DNA of 64,000 nt from Planctomycetota bacterium (lineage in GTDB: Bacteria; Planctomycetota; UBA1135; UBA2386). The notes under the pieces are model-generated. The model was not told the DNA's origin. It saw only the letters and a list, made by a program, of their open reading frames with translations, and did no database searches. Positions 29,553 to 39,469 of the stretch are shown here, in pieces. Within the stretch, counting starts at the first letter, position 1, and the number at the start of each line of letters is the position of its first letter. The stretch covers positions 384,001 through 448,000 of the forward strand of contig JBKAGP010000001.1 of the NCBI GenBank assembly GCA_046290465.1, read 5' to 3'. A program made the translations under genes and the position numbers.

Positions 29553-29680
29553 GGTGGTTTTGTAGTCGTTGGAGTCAGGTTGCGGGGAGGTGGGCACGTC
29601 CCAAGCGGGTACAAATCCCGTGGTGTGCCGGGTAGAACGCGGCGGCGACGGTCAGGTTCGCGGCCGGCAAGTTCCGATGA

Positions 29681-29733
29681 TGTCGACGATCGACAAAGCG
29701 GTTGGTTGCCTTGGGTTCCTGGTTATCTAGGAT
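29681..29733 (+). promoter_or_regulatory. palindrome TGTCGA-N3-TCGACA followed by a sigma70-like promoter TTGCCT-N16-TAGGAT upstream of the EPS/exosortase operon
   Basis: Perfect inverted repeat at 29681-29695; TTGCCT 29706-29711; TAGGAT 29728-29733; locally AT-richer intergenic region. Confidence 0.45.
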
Positions 29734-29767
29734 GCACGGGCAATCTGCTTTGCGAGGCAAACCAAAC

Positions 29768-30595
29768 GTGATCCAACCAACCAGTCCATCTCCGTCGCAG
29801 GCCGCCGGTCTCGGCGGCCGCCTCGTGCTGCTGCTGCTCGCGCTGCTGGCCAGCTGCGGCAGCTTCGAGGACAAGCGCATCCGCGAACTGCTGCACGAGA
29901 AGGGCTTCGGCTCGCGGGCGGATGGCGAGGCGACGCGCGAGAACTACCTGGGCGGCTCCGACGTGGTGCAGTTCATCGTGCCGCCCGAGGTGCTGCTGCA
30001 GCCGGGGGCCGAGCAGCTGGCGGTGTTGCAGCAGGGCCAGCCGGTCGGCATCGACGGCACCATCTTCGTGCCGCTGATCGGGCCGGTCTACGCGCTCGGC
30101 AAGACCGAGGCGGAGCTGGCGGCGCTGGTGCGCACGCAGCTGCGCAGCGTGCTGAAGTTCGACGTCGACCTGCAGGCGCGGATCCGCGGCGTGAAGTACT
30201 TCTACGCCGTCGGCGAGGTCGGCTTCAAAGGCCGCGTGCCGCTGACCACCGACATGACGCTGATCGACGCGATGTTCACCGCGCGCTGGACGGCGCTGGC
30301 CAACCTCGGCCGCGTCTACCTGATCCGGCCCGACGCCGAACACCCGCTGGTGATCGACGTCAACGTGCGCGAGATGCTGACCACCGGCTACACCGCCTCC
30401 AACTTCCAGATGCGCGAGCACGACATCCTGTACGTGCAGCCGACGTTTCTCGGCATGGTCGCGCGCCTGCTCGAACGGGTGCTGCAGCCGGTCGCCCTGG
30501 CGGTGCGCACGATGCTCGGCGCCGCGCAGTTCACGTTCGCCTACGACGTGCTGACCGGCGAGCCGAGCAACAACCGGCTGTTCTTCCGGTTCTGA
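29768..30595 (+). CDS. wza: polysaccharide export outer-membrane lipoprotein (Wza/Poly_export + SLBB)
   Basis: LLALLASC lipobox; PVGIDGTIFVPLIGPVYALGKTEAEL; YAVGEVG..G; DILYVQP. GTG start with GAGG upstream; start uncertain. Confidence 0.85.
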   Translation: MIQPTSPSPSQAAGLGGRLVLLLLALLASCGSFEDKRIRELLHEKGFGSRADGEATRENYLGGSDVVQFIVPPEVLLQPGAEQLAVLQQGQPVGIDGTIFVPLIGPVYALGKTEAELAALVRTQLRSVLKFDVDLQARIRGVKYFYAVGEVGFKGRVPLTTDMTLIDAMFTARWTALANLGRVYLIRPDAEHPLVIDVNVREMLTTGYTASNFQMREHDILYVQPTFLGMVARLLERVLQPVALAVRTMLGAAQFTFAYDVLTGEPSNNRLFFRF

Positions 30596-30641
30596 TCGTG
30601 TCCATGTCGCTGCCGCCCGAAAGCCCGATGGAGGACCTCCG

Positions 30642-32252
30642 ATGACGCAGGTCGAACTGCCGCAGCTGTCGTTGCAGCGCTACGTCGACCTGGTCAAGCG
30701 TCGGCGCTGGCAGCTGGTGCCGGTCTCGCTGCTCGGCCTGCTGATCGGCGGGCTGGTCGCGTTCCTGATCCCGCGCTTCTTCGTCGCCGAGACGCTGCTC
30801 GAGCACCAGCAGGTGCCGTCGGGGCCGGAGAACGCCGAGCACCCGTTCCGCGCCGTCGTCGACACCGCCAAGAGCACCATCCCGCTGGCCGCTGGCGAGG
30901 CGATCTCCGAACTCAAGTGGCCCGAGACGCTGGCGCTCGACGAGTTCGAGCGCGGCCAGTTCGAGCGCGCGGTCGAGTCGCGCATCACCGTGTCGGAGAC
31001 CAACGCCGGCGACAAGACCCGCAGCTACGCGCTGATCCGGGTCGAGTATCGCGACCGCGACGGCGACCGCGCCGCCAACTTCCTCAACAAGCTGGTCGAG
31101 GTCTGGGGCCGTCGGCGCATCGACGAACTGCGCGCGCCGGCCGAGGCGCAGCGCCTGCGAGCGACCACCAACGCCGACCGCGCCCGCCGCACGCTCGCGG
31201 GCTTCACCCGCGAGAAGCAGGACCTCGAGCGGCAGTACGGCATCGATCCGATCGCCGAGGTCAGCGACCAGCGCACCAGCTGGATCAAGCAGGACGAGGC
31301 GCGTCGCGTGCAGGAGCGCGAGCTGAACAAGCAGGAGCGCGAGCGCACCAGGCTGAAGGCCAAGATCGCCAAGGATCGGGAGACGCTCGCGAACCTGCCG
31401 GCACGGGTGCCGCCGGATGCGACCAACCTGATGGCCGAGGCGCTGAAGGTGAAGGCGGCGAAGCCGCTGGTCCTGCTGTGGCTGAAGGCCAACATGGAGT
31501 TCACCAACACCTTCGAGGTGGGAACGGCTCCCTACTACCGTGCCAAGCGGAAGGCCGAGATGCTGATGGCGCAGATCCGCGCGCTGGTGCCGCAGGCGGC
31601 GGTCGACGCCGACGGCCTGGTGCCCAACCCGAAGTATGCGGAGCTGCTCGAACAGATCGCCAAGGACGAGTTGAAGCTGAAGGAGCTCGAGGCCGAGATC
31701 GAGCTGAAGGCCGAGCAGCTGAAGGCCGAGGCGGCGCGCTTCCAGGCGCGGATCGAGGGCTACGGCATCTACACGCAGAAGCTCGACCAGATCAAGGAGG
31801 CCAAGCAGGCCAAGGACGCCGCCCTGGCGGAGCTCAACAGCGCCACCGATCTGCTGGCCAAGCTCAGCCGCGAGCTGCCGGTCAAGACCAAGCGCGAGGC
31901 GGTGGTGCCGCCCGCTCCGACCGAGCCGAACATCCTGGTCGTCGCGATGGTCGGCTGCATCCTCGGCCTCGGCGCCGCGATCGGCCTGATCCTGGCGTTC
32001 GACTTCCTGCAGGGCTCGTTCAAGACGCTCGACGACGTCGAGCGCGGCCTGCCGGTGCCGGTGCTCGGCGGCGTCGCCCACCTCGAGACCGTCGACGAAC
32101 GCCTGCACGCGGTGCGCAGCCGCCGCCGCGTGGCGGTCGTCTCCGGCACCGCCGTCGCGCTGGTGACCGTCATCGTGTCGATCTTCTACTTCGACCCGAC
32201 GATGTTGCCGACGTGGGTCTCCGACCTGTTGCGAACCATCCTCGGCGCCTGA
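30642..32252 (+). CDS. polysaccharide chain-length determinant (Wzz/GumC-like, exosortase-locus type, no kinase domain)
   Basis: N-terminal TM after KRRRW, long periplasmic coiled coil, AVVPPAPTEPN + TM, SFKTLDDVERGLPVPVLG, extra C-terminal TM. No Walker A. Confidence 0.85.
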   Translation: MTQVELPQLSLQRYVDLVKRRRWQLVPVSLLGLLIGGLVAFLIPRFFVAETLLEHQQVPSGPENAEHPFRAVVDTAKSTIPLAAGEAISELKWPETLALDEFERGQFERAVESRITVSETNAGDKTRSYALIRVEYRDRDGDRAANFLNKLVEVWGRRRIDELRAPAEAQRLRATTNADRARRTLAGFTREKQDLERQYGIDPIAEVSDQRTSWIKQDEARRVQERELNKQERERTRLKAKIAKDRETLANLPARVPPDATNLMAEALKVKAAKPLVLLWLKANMEFTNTFEVGTAPYYRAKRKAEMLMAQIRALVPQAAVDADGLVPNPKYAELLEQIAKDELKLKELEAEIELKAEQLKAEAARFQARIEGYGIYTQKLDQIKEAKQAKDAALAELNSATDLLAKLSRELPVKTKREAVVPPAPTEPNILVVAMVGCILGLGAAIGLILAFDFLQGSFKTLDDVERGLPVPVLGGVAHLETVDERLHAVRSRRRVAVVSGTAVALVTVIVSIFYFDPTMLPTWVSDLLRTILGA

Positions 32253-32279
32253 TCCGAGGGAGCTGATCCCGGCCGTTCG

Positions 32280-33719
32280 ATGCGCGACCTGATCGTCTTC
32301 CTGTTCGTGATGGCGATGATGCCGACGGCCTTCCGTCGGCCGTACCTCGGCATGCTGCTGTTCAGCTGGCTCGCCTACATGCGGCCGCAGGACCTGTGCT
32401 GGGGCTTCGCGCGCACGATGCGGCTGTCGTTCTTCGTGTCGATCGCGATGCTGGCCGGCTGGTGGGCCAACGAGCAGGGGCGCAGGCCGTTCACGAGGTG
32501 GGAGCCGCGCACCGCGATGATGGTGCTGCTGATGGTGCTGATCGCGATCAGCTACGGGCAGGCGCAGATCCAGGACGAGTACACCAACCGCTACTTCTTC
32601 GAGTACTGCAAGATCGTCGTGATCGCGCTGTTCACGGTCGGGCAGTGCGACACCAAGGAACGGCTGCGCGGCATGTTCTGGGTGATCGCGATCTCGCTCG
32701 GCTTCTTCGGCGTCAAGAGCGGCCTGTGGGGCGTGCTGACCGGCGGCGGCAGCCAGATCCTTCGCGGCCCCGGTGGCATGCTCGAGGACAACAACGACTT
32801 CGCGCTGGCCCTGGTGATGAACGTGCCGCTGCTGTGGTACATGGGCATCGGCGAGAACAAGGACTGGGTGCGCAAGGCGACGCTCGCGGCGGTCGGGCTG
32901 ACCGTGATCACGGTGTTGCTGACGCACAGCCGCGGGGCGTTCCTGTCGCTGTGCTTCACGGCGATGTGGATCGCGTGGCGCTCGGGCAAGCTGCTGCGCG
33001 CGCTGATGGTGCTGGTGATGCTGGCGGCGCTGTTCCCGGTGTTCGCGCCCGAGCACGTGCTCGAGCGGCTGGCGTCGATCGGCGACACCAACGAGTCGTC
33101 GGCGAACGCGCGGCTAACCGCGTGGGCGACCGCGTTCGAGATGGTCAAGGACAACCCGTTCTGGGGCGTCGGCATGCGCAACTTCCAGCCGCGCTACCCG
33201 GAGTACTCGGTGGTGCCGCTCGGCGCCGGCTCGCACACCTACGTCGCGCACAACAGCTACTTCCAGATCTGGGCCGAGTCCGGCACGCTCGCGTTCCTCG
33301 TCTACCTCGCCGTGCTGGCCTCGGTGTTCCTGTCGCTCGGTCGCATCTACCGGCAGTGCCGCTACCGGCCGGACCTGCAGTGGGCGAGCAACTACGCGCG
33401 CATGATGGAGGCGACCACGGTCGGCTTCGCGGTGGGCGCGTTCTTCCTCAACCGCGGCCACTTCGACCTGTTCTACCACTGGCTGGCGCTGGTCGCGGCG
33501 CTCAACCTGTGCGTGCGAGCGGCGCTGCGCCGCGCGCCGGTGGCGGCGGCGCCGGCGACCGATCGGCCGCGACGAGGCGGTGGCGTCGTCAAGGTCGCGC
33601 TGCCGGGGCTGCGGTCGGCCGGTCGGCCGGCGGTCGCGCTCGGCGGCGCGGTCGAGGTCGGCCACGGCGGGCTCTCGCGGGCCGGCACCGGCGGACGCCG
33701 CCGCACGGGGTGGCGCTGA
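32280..33719 (+). CDS. O-antigen-ligase/Wzy_C family protein resembling the exosortase-A-associated O-glycosylation ligase
   Basis: MRDL..., RRPYLGMLLFSWLAYMRPQDLCWG, GPGGMLEDNNDFAL, THSRGAFL, SANARLTAW, AHNSYFQIWAESG; many TM helices. Confidence 0.88.
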   Translation: MRDLIVFLFVMAMMPTAFRRPYLGMLLFSWLAYMRPQDLCWGFARTMRLSFFVSIAMLAGWWANEQGRRPFTRWEPRTAMMVLLMVLIAISYGQAQIQDEYTNRYFFEYCKIVVIALFTVGQCDTKERLRGMFWVIAISLGFFGVKSGLWGVLTGGGSQILRGPGGMLEDNNDFALALVMNVPLLWYMGIGENKDWVRKATLAAVGLTVITVLLTHSRGAFLSLCFTAMWIAWRSGKLLRALMVLVMLAALFPVFAPEHVLERLASIGDTNESSANARLTAWATAFEMVKDNPFWGVGMRNFQPRYPEYSVVPLGAGSHTYVAHNSYFQIWAESGTLAFLVYLAVLASVFLSLGRIYRQCRYRPDLQWASNYARMMEATTVGFAVGAFFLNRGHFDLFYHWLALVAALNLCVRAALRRAPVAAAPATDRPRRGGGVVKVALPGLRSAGRPAVALGGAVEVGHGGLSRAGTGGRRRTGWR

Positions 33720-35572
33720 TGTGCGGCATCAGCGGCATGTTCGCGTACTCGCGCGAACGCTCGGTCGACCCAGCGCTGGTCGCGCGCATGAACGACACGT
33801 TGGTGCATCGCGGCCCCGACGGCCACGACCTGCGCCAGGGACCCGGCTACGTGCTCGGCCACCGCCGGCTGGCGATCGTCGACGTCGCCGGTGGCCTGCA
33901 GCCGATGGCGACCGCCGACGGGCGGCTGTGGGTGACGTTCAACGGCGAGATCTACAACTACCTCGAACTGCGCCGGCAGCTCGAGGCCAAGGGCGTGACG
34001 TTCCGGACCCGCAGCGACACCGAGGTGCTGCTGTACGGCTACCGCGAGTGGGGCACGCAGCTCGCGTCGAAGCTGCGCGGCATGTTCGCGTTCGTGATCG
34101 TCGACGAACAGCGGCACGAGCTGTACGGCGCGCGCGACCGCGTCGGCAAGAAGCCGTTCTACTGGTGCGAGCACGACGGCGCGTTCGCGTTCGGCAGCGA
34201 GCTGAAGGCGCTGCGCGAGCTGCCGCGCAGCTGGCGGCTGCGGCCGGACGCGATCGCGCAGTTCCTGGCGCTGCGCTACGTGCCCGATCCGCTGACCGTG
34301 TTCGAGGACGTGCACAAGCTGCCGCCGGCGCACCAGGTGGTGGTGCGCGACGGCCGGGTCGCGACCGAACGCTACTGGCGGCTGGAGTTCGCGCCGGACC
34401 AGCGCAGCAAGCAAGAGCATCGCGAGGCGGTGCTGCAGCGGCTCGACGACGCGGTCGACGTGCGGCTGATGGGCGAGGTGCCGCTGGCGCCGTTCCTGTC
34501 CGGCGGCGTCGACAGCTACGCGGTGGTCGACTCGATGACGCGCACGCTCGGCCGCCCGGTCGAGGCCTGCACGATCGGCTTCTCGGAGCCGCGCTTCGAC
34601 GAACGTCCGGGCGCGCGCGAGTCGGCCGCGGCCTGCGGCGCGTCGCTGCGCGAGGAGGTGCTCGACGTCGACACGCTGCTGCAGCTCGACTGGTTCGCCG
34701 ACACCTACGACGAGCCGTTCAGCGACAGCAGCGCGATCCCGACCTACCACGTCAGCCGGCTGGCGCGCCGGCACGTCACGGTCGCGCTGTCCGGCGACGG
34801 CGGCGACGAGGGCTTCGGCGGCTACCGTCGCTACCTGTTCGACCGCAACGAGCACCGCGCCAGGCGCCGGCTGCCGCGGTTCGTCTGGCAGGCGCTCGGG
34901 GCGCTCTACCCGAAGGCCGACTGGCTGCCGCGCTACCTGCGCGCCCGGCGCACCCTGCAGAACCTCGCGCGCGATCCGGCCGAGGCCTACGCGCGTTCGG
35001 TCAGCGCGCACCTGCCCGAGGAGGTCCTTTTGGTGCTGCGGCGCGACCACCACGACGCCGCCGGGGATCCGCACGCACCGCTGCTGCGCGCCTATCGGGC
35101 GTCGACGGCGACGCACCCGCTGCACCGCGCGGTCGCCACCGACCTCGAGACCTGGCTGCCGGGGGACATCCTGGTCAAGGCCGACCGCGCCTCGATGGCG
35201 GTGTCGCTCGAGGTGCGCGCGCCGTTCCTCGACCACCACATGCTCGAGGAGGCGGCCACGATCCCGGCCGACTGGCACTTCGACGGCGGCCGCACCAAGG
35301 CGTTCCTGCGCGACACGCTGGCGCAGCGACTGACGCCGTCGGCGCTGCAGCGCAAGAAGATGGGCTTCTCGGTGCCGCTGCGTTCATGGTGCCAGGGGCC
35401 GATCGGCGATGCGGTCGAGGCGGTGCTCGGCGAGTCCAGGCTGCGCGAGTGGATCGAGCCCGAGGTCGTGCGCGACCTGCTGCAGCGCCACCGGCAGGGG
35501 GTCGGGGATCACGCCGAGATGCTGTGGGCGGTGCTGGTGCTGGCGCGATTCCTCGAGAGGTGGGCCGGCTGA
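33719..35572 (+). CDS. asnB: asparagine synthase-like glutamine amidotransferase (EPS-locus type)
   Basis: MCGI (Ntn Cys), HRGPDG, GHRRLAIVD, FNGEIYNY, ARDRVGKKP, FLSGGVDS, ALSGDGGDE, KADRASMA, RKKMGFSVP. Confidence 0.95.
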   Translation: MCGISGMFAYSRERSVDPALVARMNDTLVHRGPDGHDLRQGPGYVLGHRRLAIVDVAGGLQPMATADGRLWVTFNGEIYNYLELRRQLEAKGVTFRTRSDTEVLLYGYREWGTQLASKLRGMFAFVIVDEQRHELYGARDRVGKKPFYWCEHDGAFAFGSELKALRELPRSWRLRPDAIAQFLALRYVPDPLTVFEDVHKLPPAHQVVVRDGRVATERYWRLEFAPDQRSKQEHREAVLQRLDDAVDVRLMGEVPLAPFLSGGVDSYAVVDSMTRTLGRPVEACTIGFSEPRFDERPGARESAAACGASLREEVLDVDTLLQLDWFADTYDEPFSDSSAIPTYHVSRLARRHVTVALSGDGGDEGFGGYRRYLFDRNEHRARRRLPRFVWQALGALYPKADWLPRYLRARRTLQNLARDPAEAYARSVSAHLPEEVLLVLRRDHHDAAGDPHAPLLRAYRASTATHPLHRAVATDLETWLPGDILVKADRASMAVSLEVRAPFLDHHMLEEAATIPADWHFDGGRTKAFLRDTLAQRLTPSALQRKKMGFSVPLRSWCQGPIGDAVEAVLGESRLREWIEPEVVRDLLQRHRQGVGDHAEMLWAVLVLARFLERWAG

Positions 35573-36747
35573 TGGTGCACGTCGTCACGTTCAGCAACCT
35601 GTTCCCGTCGTCGGTGATGCCGACGCACGGCCTGTTCGTGCAAGAACGGATGCGGCGCGTCGTCGCCGCCGGCGGCTTCCGCTGGTCGGTGGTCGCGCCG
35701 GTGCCCGACGTCATCTGGCCGCTGCGGCGCGGCGCCTACAAGGCGTGGGCGGCGGTGCCGCGGAGCGAGTCGCGCGGCGGCGTCGACGTGCACCACCCGC
35801 GCTTTCGGCACTGGCCCGGGATGTCGCAGCGGCGGCAGGCCGACGCGGTGCGCGACGGCGCGCGCTCGCTGCTGCGCCAGCTGTGTGCCGACGGCCCCGT
35901 CGTCGTCGATGCGCACTACCTGTGGCCGGACGGCGTCGCCGCGGGAGAACTCGCGCAGGAGCTCGCCGTGCCGTTCACGCTGACCGCGCGCGGCACCGAC
36001 GTCAACGTGCTGGCGCAGGACCCGGCGATCGCGGCGCGCATCGCGGCAGTCGCCGCGGCCGCGCACGCCTGCATGGCGGTCAGCGACGCGCTCGGCCAAC
36101 GCTTCGCCGCCGCCGCCGGCCTGCCCGACGGCGCGGTGCGCACGGTGCGCAACGGCGTCGACCTCGACCGGTTCGCGCCCGGCGACCAGGCGGCCGCGCG
36201 GGCGGCGCTGGGCCTGCCGGTCGACGGGCGGATCGCGCTCGGCGTCGGCCGGCTGGTGCCCGGCAAGGGCTTCGACGTCGCCGCGCGCGCCGTGCGCCAG
36301 CTCGACGACCTGACGCTGGTGCTGGTCGGTGCGGGCGCCGAACGGCCGACGATCGAGGACGCCGGCGGTGGCCGGGTCCGCTTCCTCGGCGCGCAACCGC
36401 CCGAACGGGTCGCGCTCGCCTATCGCGCCGCGGACCTGCTGGTGCTGCCGAGCGAGCGCGAGGGCTGGCCCAACGTGGTCACCGAGGCGCTCGCCTGTGG
36501 CCTGCCGGTGGTCGCCTCGCGCGTCGGCGGCATCCCGCAGATTCTCGGCGACGACCCGCCGCCGCAGCTCGGCGCGATGGTCCAGCCGGGCGACGTCGAC
36601 GGGCTGGTCACCGCGCTCACCGCGACGCTGGCCGCGGGCCGCCGCACCGACGAGGTGCGCGCGTTCGCCGAGCGCTACGGGTGGGCCGAGCCGGTCGCCG
36701 AACTGGTCGACACGTTCCGTGCGGCGGCGCAGGAGGCAGCGCGATGA
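35572..36747 (+). CDS. GT4 glycosyltransferase (TuaC-like)
   Basis: FSNLFPS, HGLFV, DAHYLWPDG, TARGTDV, NGVDLDRF, VGRLVPGKG, EGWPNVVTEALACGLPVVASRVGG (EX7E). Confidence 0.92.
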   Translation: MVHVVTFSNLFPSSVMPTHGLFVQERMRRVVAAGGFRWSVVAPVPDVIWPLRRGAYKAWAAVPRSESRGGVDVHHPRFRHWPGMSQRRQADAVRDGARSLLRQLCADGPVVVDAHYLWPDGVAAGELAQELAVPFTLTARGTDVNVLAQDPAIAARIAAVAAAAHACMAVSDALGQRFAAAAGLPDGAVRTVRNGVDLDRFAPGDQAAARAALGLPVDGRIALGVGRLVPGKGFDVAARAVRQLDDLTLVLVGAGAERPTIEDAGGGRVRFLGAQPPERVALAYRAADLLVLPSEREGWPNVVTEALACGLPVVASRVGGIPQILGDDPPPQLGAMVQPGDVDGLVTALTATLAAGRRTDEVRAFAERYGWAEPVAELVDTFRAAAQEAAR

Positions 36748-37943
36748 GCGAACCGAGGCGCGTGCTCTACCACCATCGGATCCGGGCCGACGACGGCCAG
36801 GCCGTGCACGTGCGCGAGCTGATCACGGCGCTGCGGGCGCAGGGCCACACCGTCGACGAGTGCGCGTTGGTGCCGAAGGCCGTGTCTGCGACGCCCGCCG
36901 CCGCGGCCGACGATCGCGAGCCCGGCGGCGGCTTCTGGCAGCGGCTGAGCCTGCCGCGCACCGCGGTCGAGGTCGCCGAGGTCGTCTACAACCACAAGGG
37001 CCGGGCGATGCTGCGCACAGCGGCGCGCCTGGCCCGTCCCGACTTCGTCTACGAACGGCACGCGCTGCACCTGCGCGCCGGCCTCGACGTCGCGCGCGAG
37101 CTGTCGGTGCCGCTGCTGCTCGAGGTCAACTCGCCGATGACCGTCGAGATGGAACGGCTCGGCAAGCTGTGCCTGCCGCGGCGCGCGCGCCGCACCGAGC
37201 GCCACGTGCTGCAGCACGCCGACGCGGTGCTGGCCGTGACCGAGGTGCTCGCCGACGTGCTGGTCGACCTCGGCGCCCGTCGCGAGCGCGTGCACGTGAT
37301 CGGCAACGGCGCCGTGCCGGACCGCTACGACGAGGCCGCCCAGCGACGCGCCGCCGCGCTGCGCGGCTCGTGGCAGCTGCCGGACGACGCGTTCGTGCTC
37401 GGCTTCGTCGGCTACATGCGGCCGTGGCATCGGCTCGATCTGGTTCTCGACGTGATGTGCCGGCCCGGCTTCGAACGGCTGCAGCTGGCGCTGATGGGCG
37501 AAGGCCCGGCGCTCGAGCCGCTGCTCGAGCAGGCGCACGGCCGCGGCGTGCAGGACCGCGTGCGCGCGTTCGGCGTGGTCGCACCGGCCGAGCTGCCGAC
37601 CCACGTGATGGCGTGCGACGGCGCGCTGATCCCGGCGATCAACGCCTACGCGTCGCCGCTCAAGCTGTTCGACTCGCTGTGCGCCGGCGTCGTGACGCTG
37701 GCACCCGACCAGCCGAATCTGCGCGAGAACATCGAGCACGGCGAGAACGGCCTGCTGTTCGCCGCCGGCGACGCCGACGACCTGGCCGCGCAGCTGCGGC
37801 GGGTGGTGGCCGATCGCGAGCTGTCGCAGCGCATCGGCGCGGCCGGTCGTCGCTCGCTGCTGGAGCGCCGCTGGACCTGGGCGGGCAACGCCGACCGCGT
37901 GCTCGAGGTGTTCGAACGGCTGCGAGGAGAGGTGCCGGCATGA
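36744..37943 (+). CDS. GT4 glycosyltransferase
   Basis: DGQAVHV, FVYERH, LEVNSP, IGNGA, GFVGYMRPWH, YASPLKLFDSL, HGENGLLF. Confidence 0.9.
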   Translation: MSEPRRVLYHHRIRADDGQAVHVRELITALRAQGHTVDECALVPKAVSATPAAAADDREPGGGFWQRLSLPRTAVEVAEVVYNHKGRAMLRTAARLARPDFVYERHALHLRAGLDVARELSVPLLLEVNSPMTVEMERLGKLCLPRRARRTERHVLQHADAVLAVTEVLADVLVDLGARRERVHVIGNGAVPDRYDEAAQRRAAALRGSWQLPDDAFVLGFVGYMRPWHRLDLVLDVMCRPGFERLQLALMGEGPALEPLLEQAHGRGVQDRVRAFGVVAPAELPTHVMACDGALIPAINAYASPLKLFDSLCAGVVTLAPDQPNLRENIEHGENGLLFAAGDADDLAAQLRRVVADRELSQRIGAAGRRSLLERRWTWAGNADRVLEVFERLRGEVPA

Positions 37944-39469
37944 AGTCGTTCGTCGCCGTGTTCCTGCCGCTGCTGGTCGCCTATGCGATGGCGCTGCTCT
38001 GGTGCGTCGATCGCTGGAACGCGCCGACCGAGTACTTCGCGCACTGCTGGCTGGTGCCGCTGGTCGGCGCCGCGGTGGTGCTGCACCGGCGCGCGCAGTG
38101 GCGCCTGCGGCCGCGCGCGACCGACCTCGGCGGACTGTGGCTGCTGGTGCCGGCGCTGCTGCTGCACCTGGTCGGCGCGGCGCTGATGATCGACTCGTGG
38201 TCGGCCGCGAGCCTGGTGCTCGCCGTGCCCGGCGCCGCCTGGCTGGCGCTCGGGCGCGAACGGCTGACCGGGCTGTGGCCGGTGCTGTGGCTGACGCTGT
38301 TCGCGGTGCCGACGCCGATCTACGTCGAGGGCCGGCTCGCCTTCGAGCTCAAGGAGGTCGCGGTGGTCGGCGGCTCGTGGCTCGCCAACCTGTTCGGCGC
38401 CGACGTCGTCCGCCAGGGGGACCGGCTGCTGCCGACCGGCATCGAAGGCTCGCTGTTCGTCGCCGACGCCTGCAGCGGGCTGCGTTCGCTGCTGGCGATG
38501 CTGACGCTCGCCTATTGCCTTTCGTTCTTCACCGGACCGCAGCGCCGGTCGCGGCGGCTGGTGCTGCTGCTGATGGCGGCGCCGGTCGCGGTGCTCGCCA
38601 ACGTCTGCCGGATCGCGGCGCTGTGCCTGCTGGCGCGCTGGTTCGGGGTGCCGTTCGCCGAGGGCACCGGCCACACCATCGCCAACGTGGTCGAGTGGGT
38701 CTCGCTGCTGGTGATCCTGGTGACGGTCGACGGTGTGCTGGCGCGCCGACTCGGCAGCGAGGCTTCGGAGCGGCCGACGATGCCGTCGATCGAGGTGCCG
38801 CGAGCCGCGGCAAGGACGTCATTGCGCGGGCCGGCGATCGCGCTGTGGCTGTGCGCCGGGCCGCTGCTGTGGCTGAGCGTCTACCGCCCGTTCGGCGACC
38901 GCACCGACCGCGCCGAACGGCTGCCCGCGCAGCTGGCCGGCTACACGCTGCAGCCGCGCAGCGCCGACGACGAGCAGGAGTTCCAGCAGGCGCTGCCGCG
39001 CTGGCGCGAACTGCTCGGCACCGGCGACTTCGTCTGGCGGCGCTATCGCGACGAGCAGCGGCACCTGATCAGCCTGGTCGCGCTGTTCCACGACACCAAC
39101 TGGAAGAGCGTGCACCCGCCGCGGATCTGCATCGAAGGCAGCAACATGACCATCGTGCGCGACGACCTGGTCGACGCGCCGTGGCTCGGCGACGGCGTCG
39201 CCGTCAGCCGCATCCGGGCGAACAGCCGCACCGACCAGTGGCGCTACGTTACGCTGAGCGTGTTCGGCACCACCGACTGGGCCTCGGGCGACTACTGGGA
39301 CTTCACGATGTACCACCTGCCGCGCGCCGTGCTGCGCGCCAACGAGTCCGGCTTCCTGCTGCGCGTCGAGTCGCCGATCTACGACGGCGAGGGGCCCGAG
39401 GTCGCCGAGGCGCGCTGTGCCGCGTTCCTGCGCCAGCTGGTGCCGTCGGCGAGGAGCCTGTTGCGATGA
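37940..39469 (+). CDS. exosortase fused to a C-terminal EpsI-like domain
   Basis: YFAHCWLVP; catalytic-triad motifs VADACSGLRSL (Cys), LANVCRI (Arg), GHT (His); about 8 TM helices; C-terminal SVHPPRIC resembles the EpsI HxPxxC motif. Confidence 0.92.
   Translation: MKSFVAVFLPLLVAYAMALLWCVDRWNAPTEYFAHCWLVPLVGAAVVLHRRAQWRLRPRATDLGGLWLLVPALLLHLVGAALMIDSWSAASLVLAVPGAAWLALGRERLTGLWPVLWLTLFAVPTPIYVEGRLAFELKEVAVVGGSWLANLFGADVVRQGDRLLPTGIEGSLFVADACSGLRSLLAMLTLAYCLSFFTGPQRRSRRLVLLLMAAPVAVLANVCRIAALCLLARWFGVPFAEGTGHTIANVVEWVSLLVILVTVDGVLARRLGSEASERPTMPSIEVPRAAARTSLRGPAIALWLCAGPLLWLSVYRPFGDRTDRAERLPAQLAGYTLQPRSADDEQEFQQALPRWRELLGTGDFVWRRYRDEQRHLISLVALFHDTNWKSVHPPRICIEGSNMTIVRDDLVDAPWLGDGVAVSRIRANSRTDQWRYVTLSVFGTTDWASGDYWDFTMYHLPRAVLRANESGFLLRVESPIYDGEGPEVAEARCAAFLRQLVPSARSLLR

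Noticed and set aside
29698..29800. Possible riboswitch-like structure before wza (GGTTGGTTGCCT pairing with AGGCAAACCAA; GGCAAACC recalls c-di-GMP-I)
   Set aside because: The GNRA/receptor stem and downstream consensus are missing, and the 5' arm coincides with a good -35/-10 pair, so it probably is not transcribed. An Rfam/Infernal scan would settle it.
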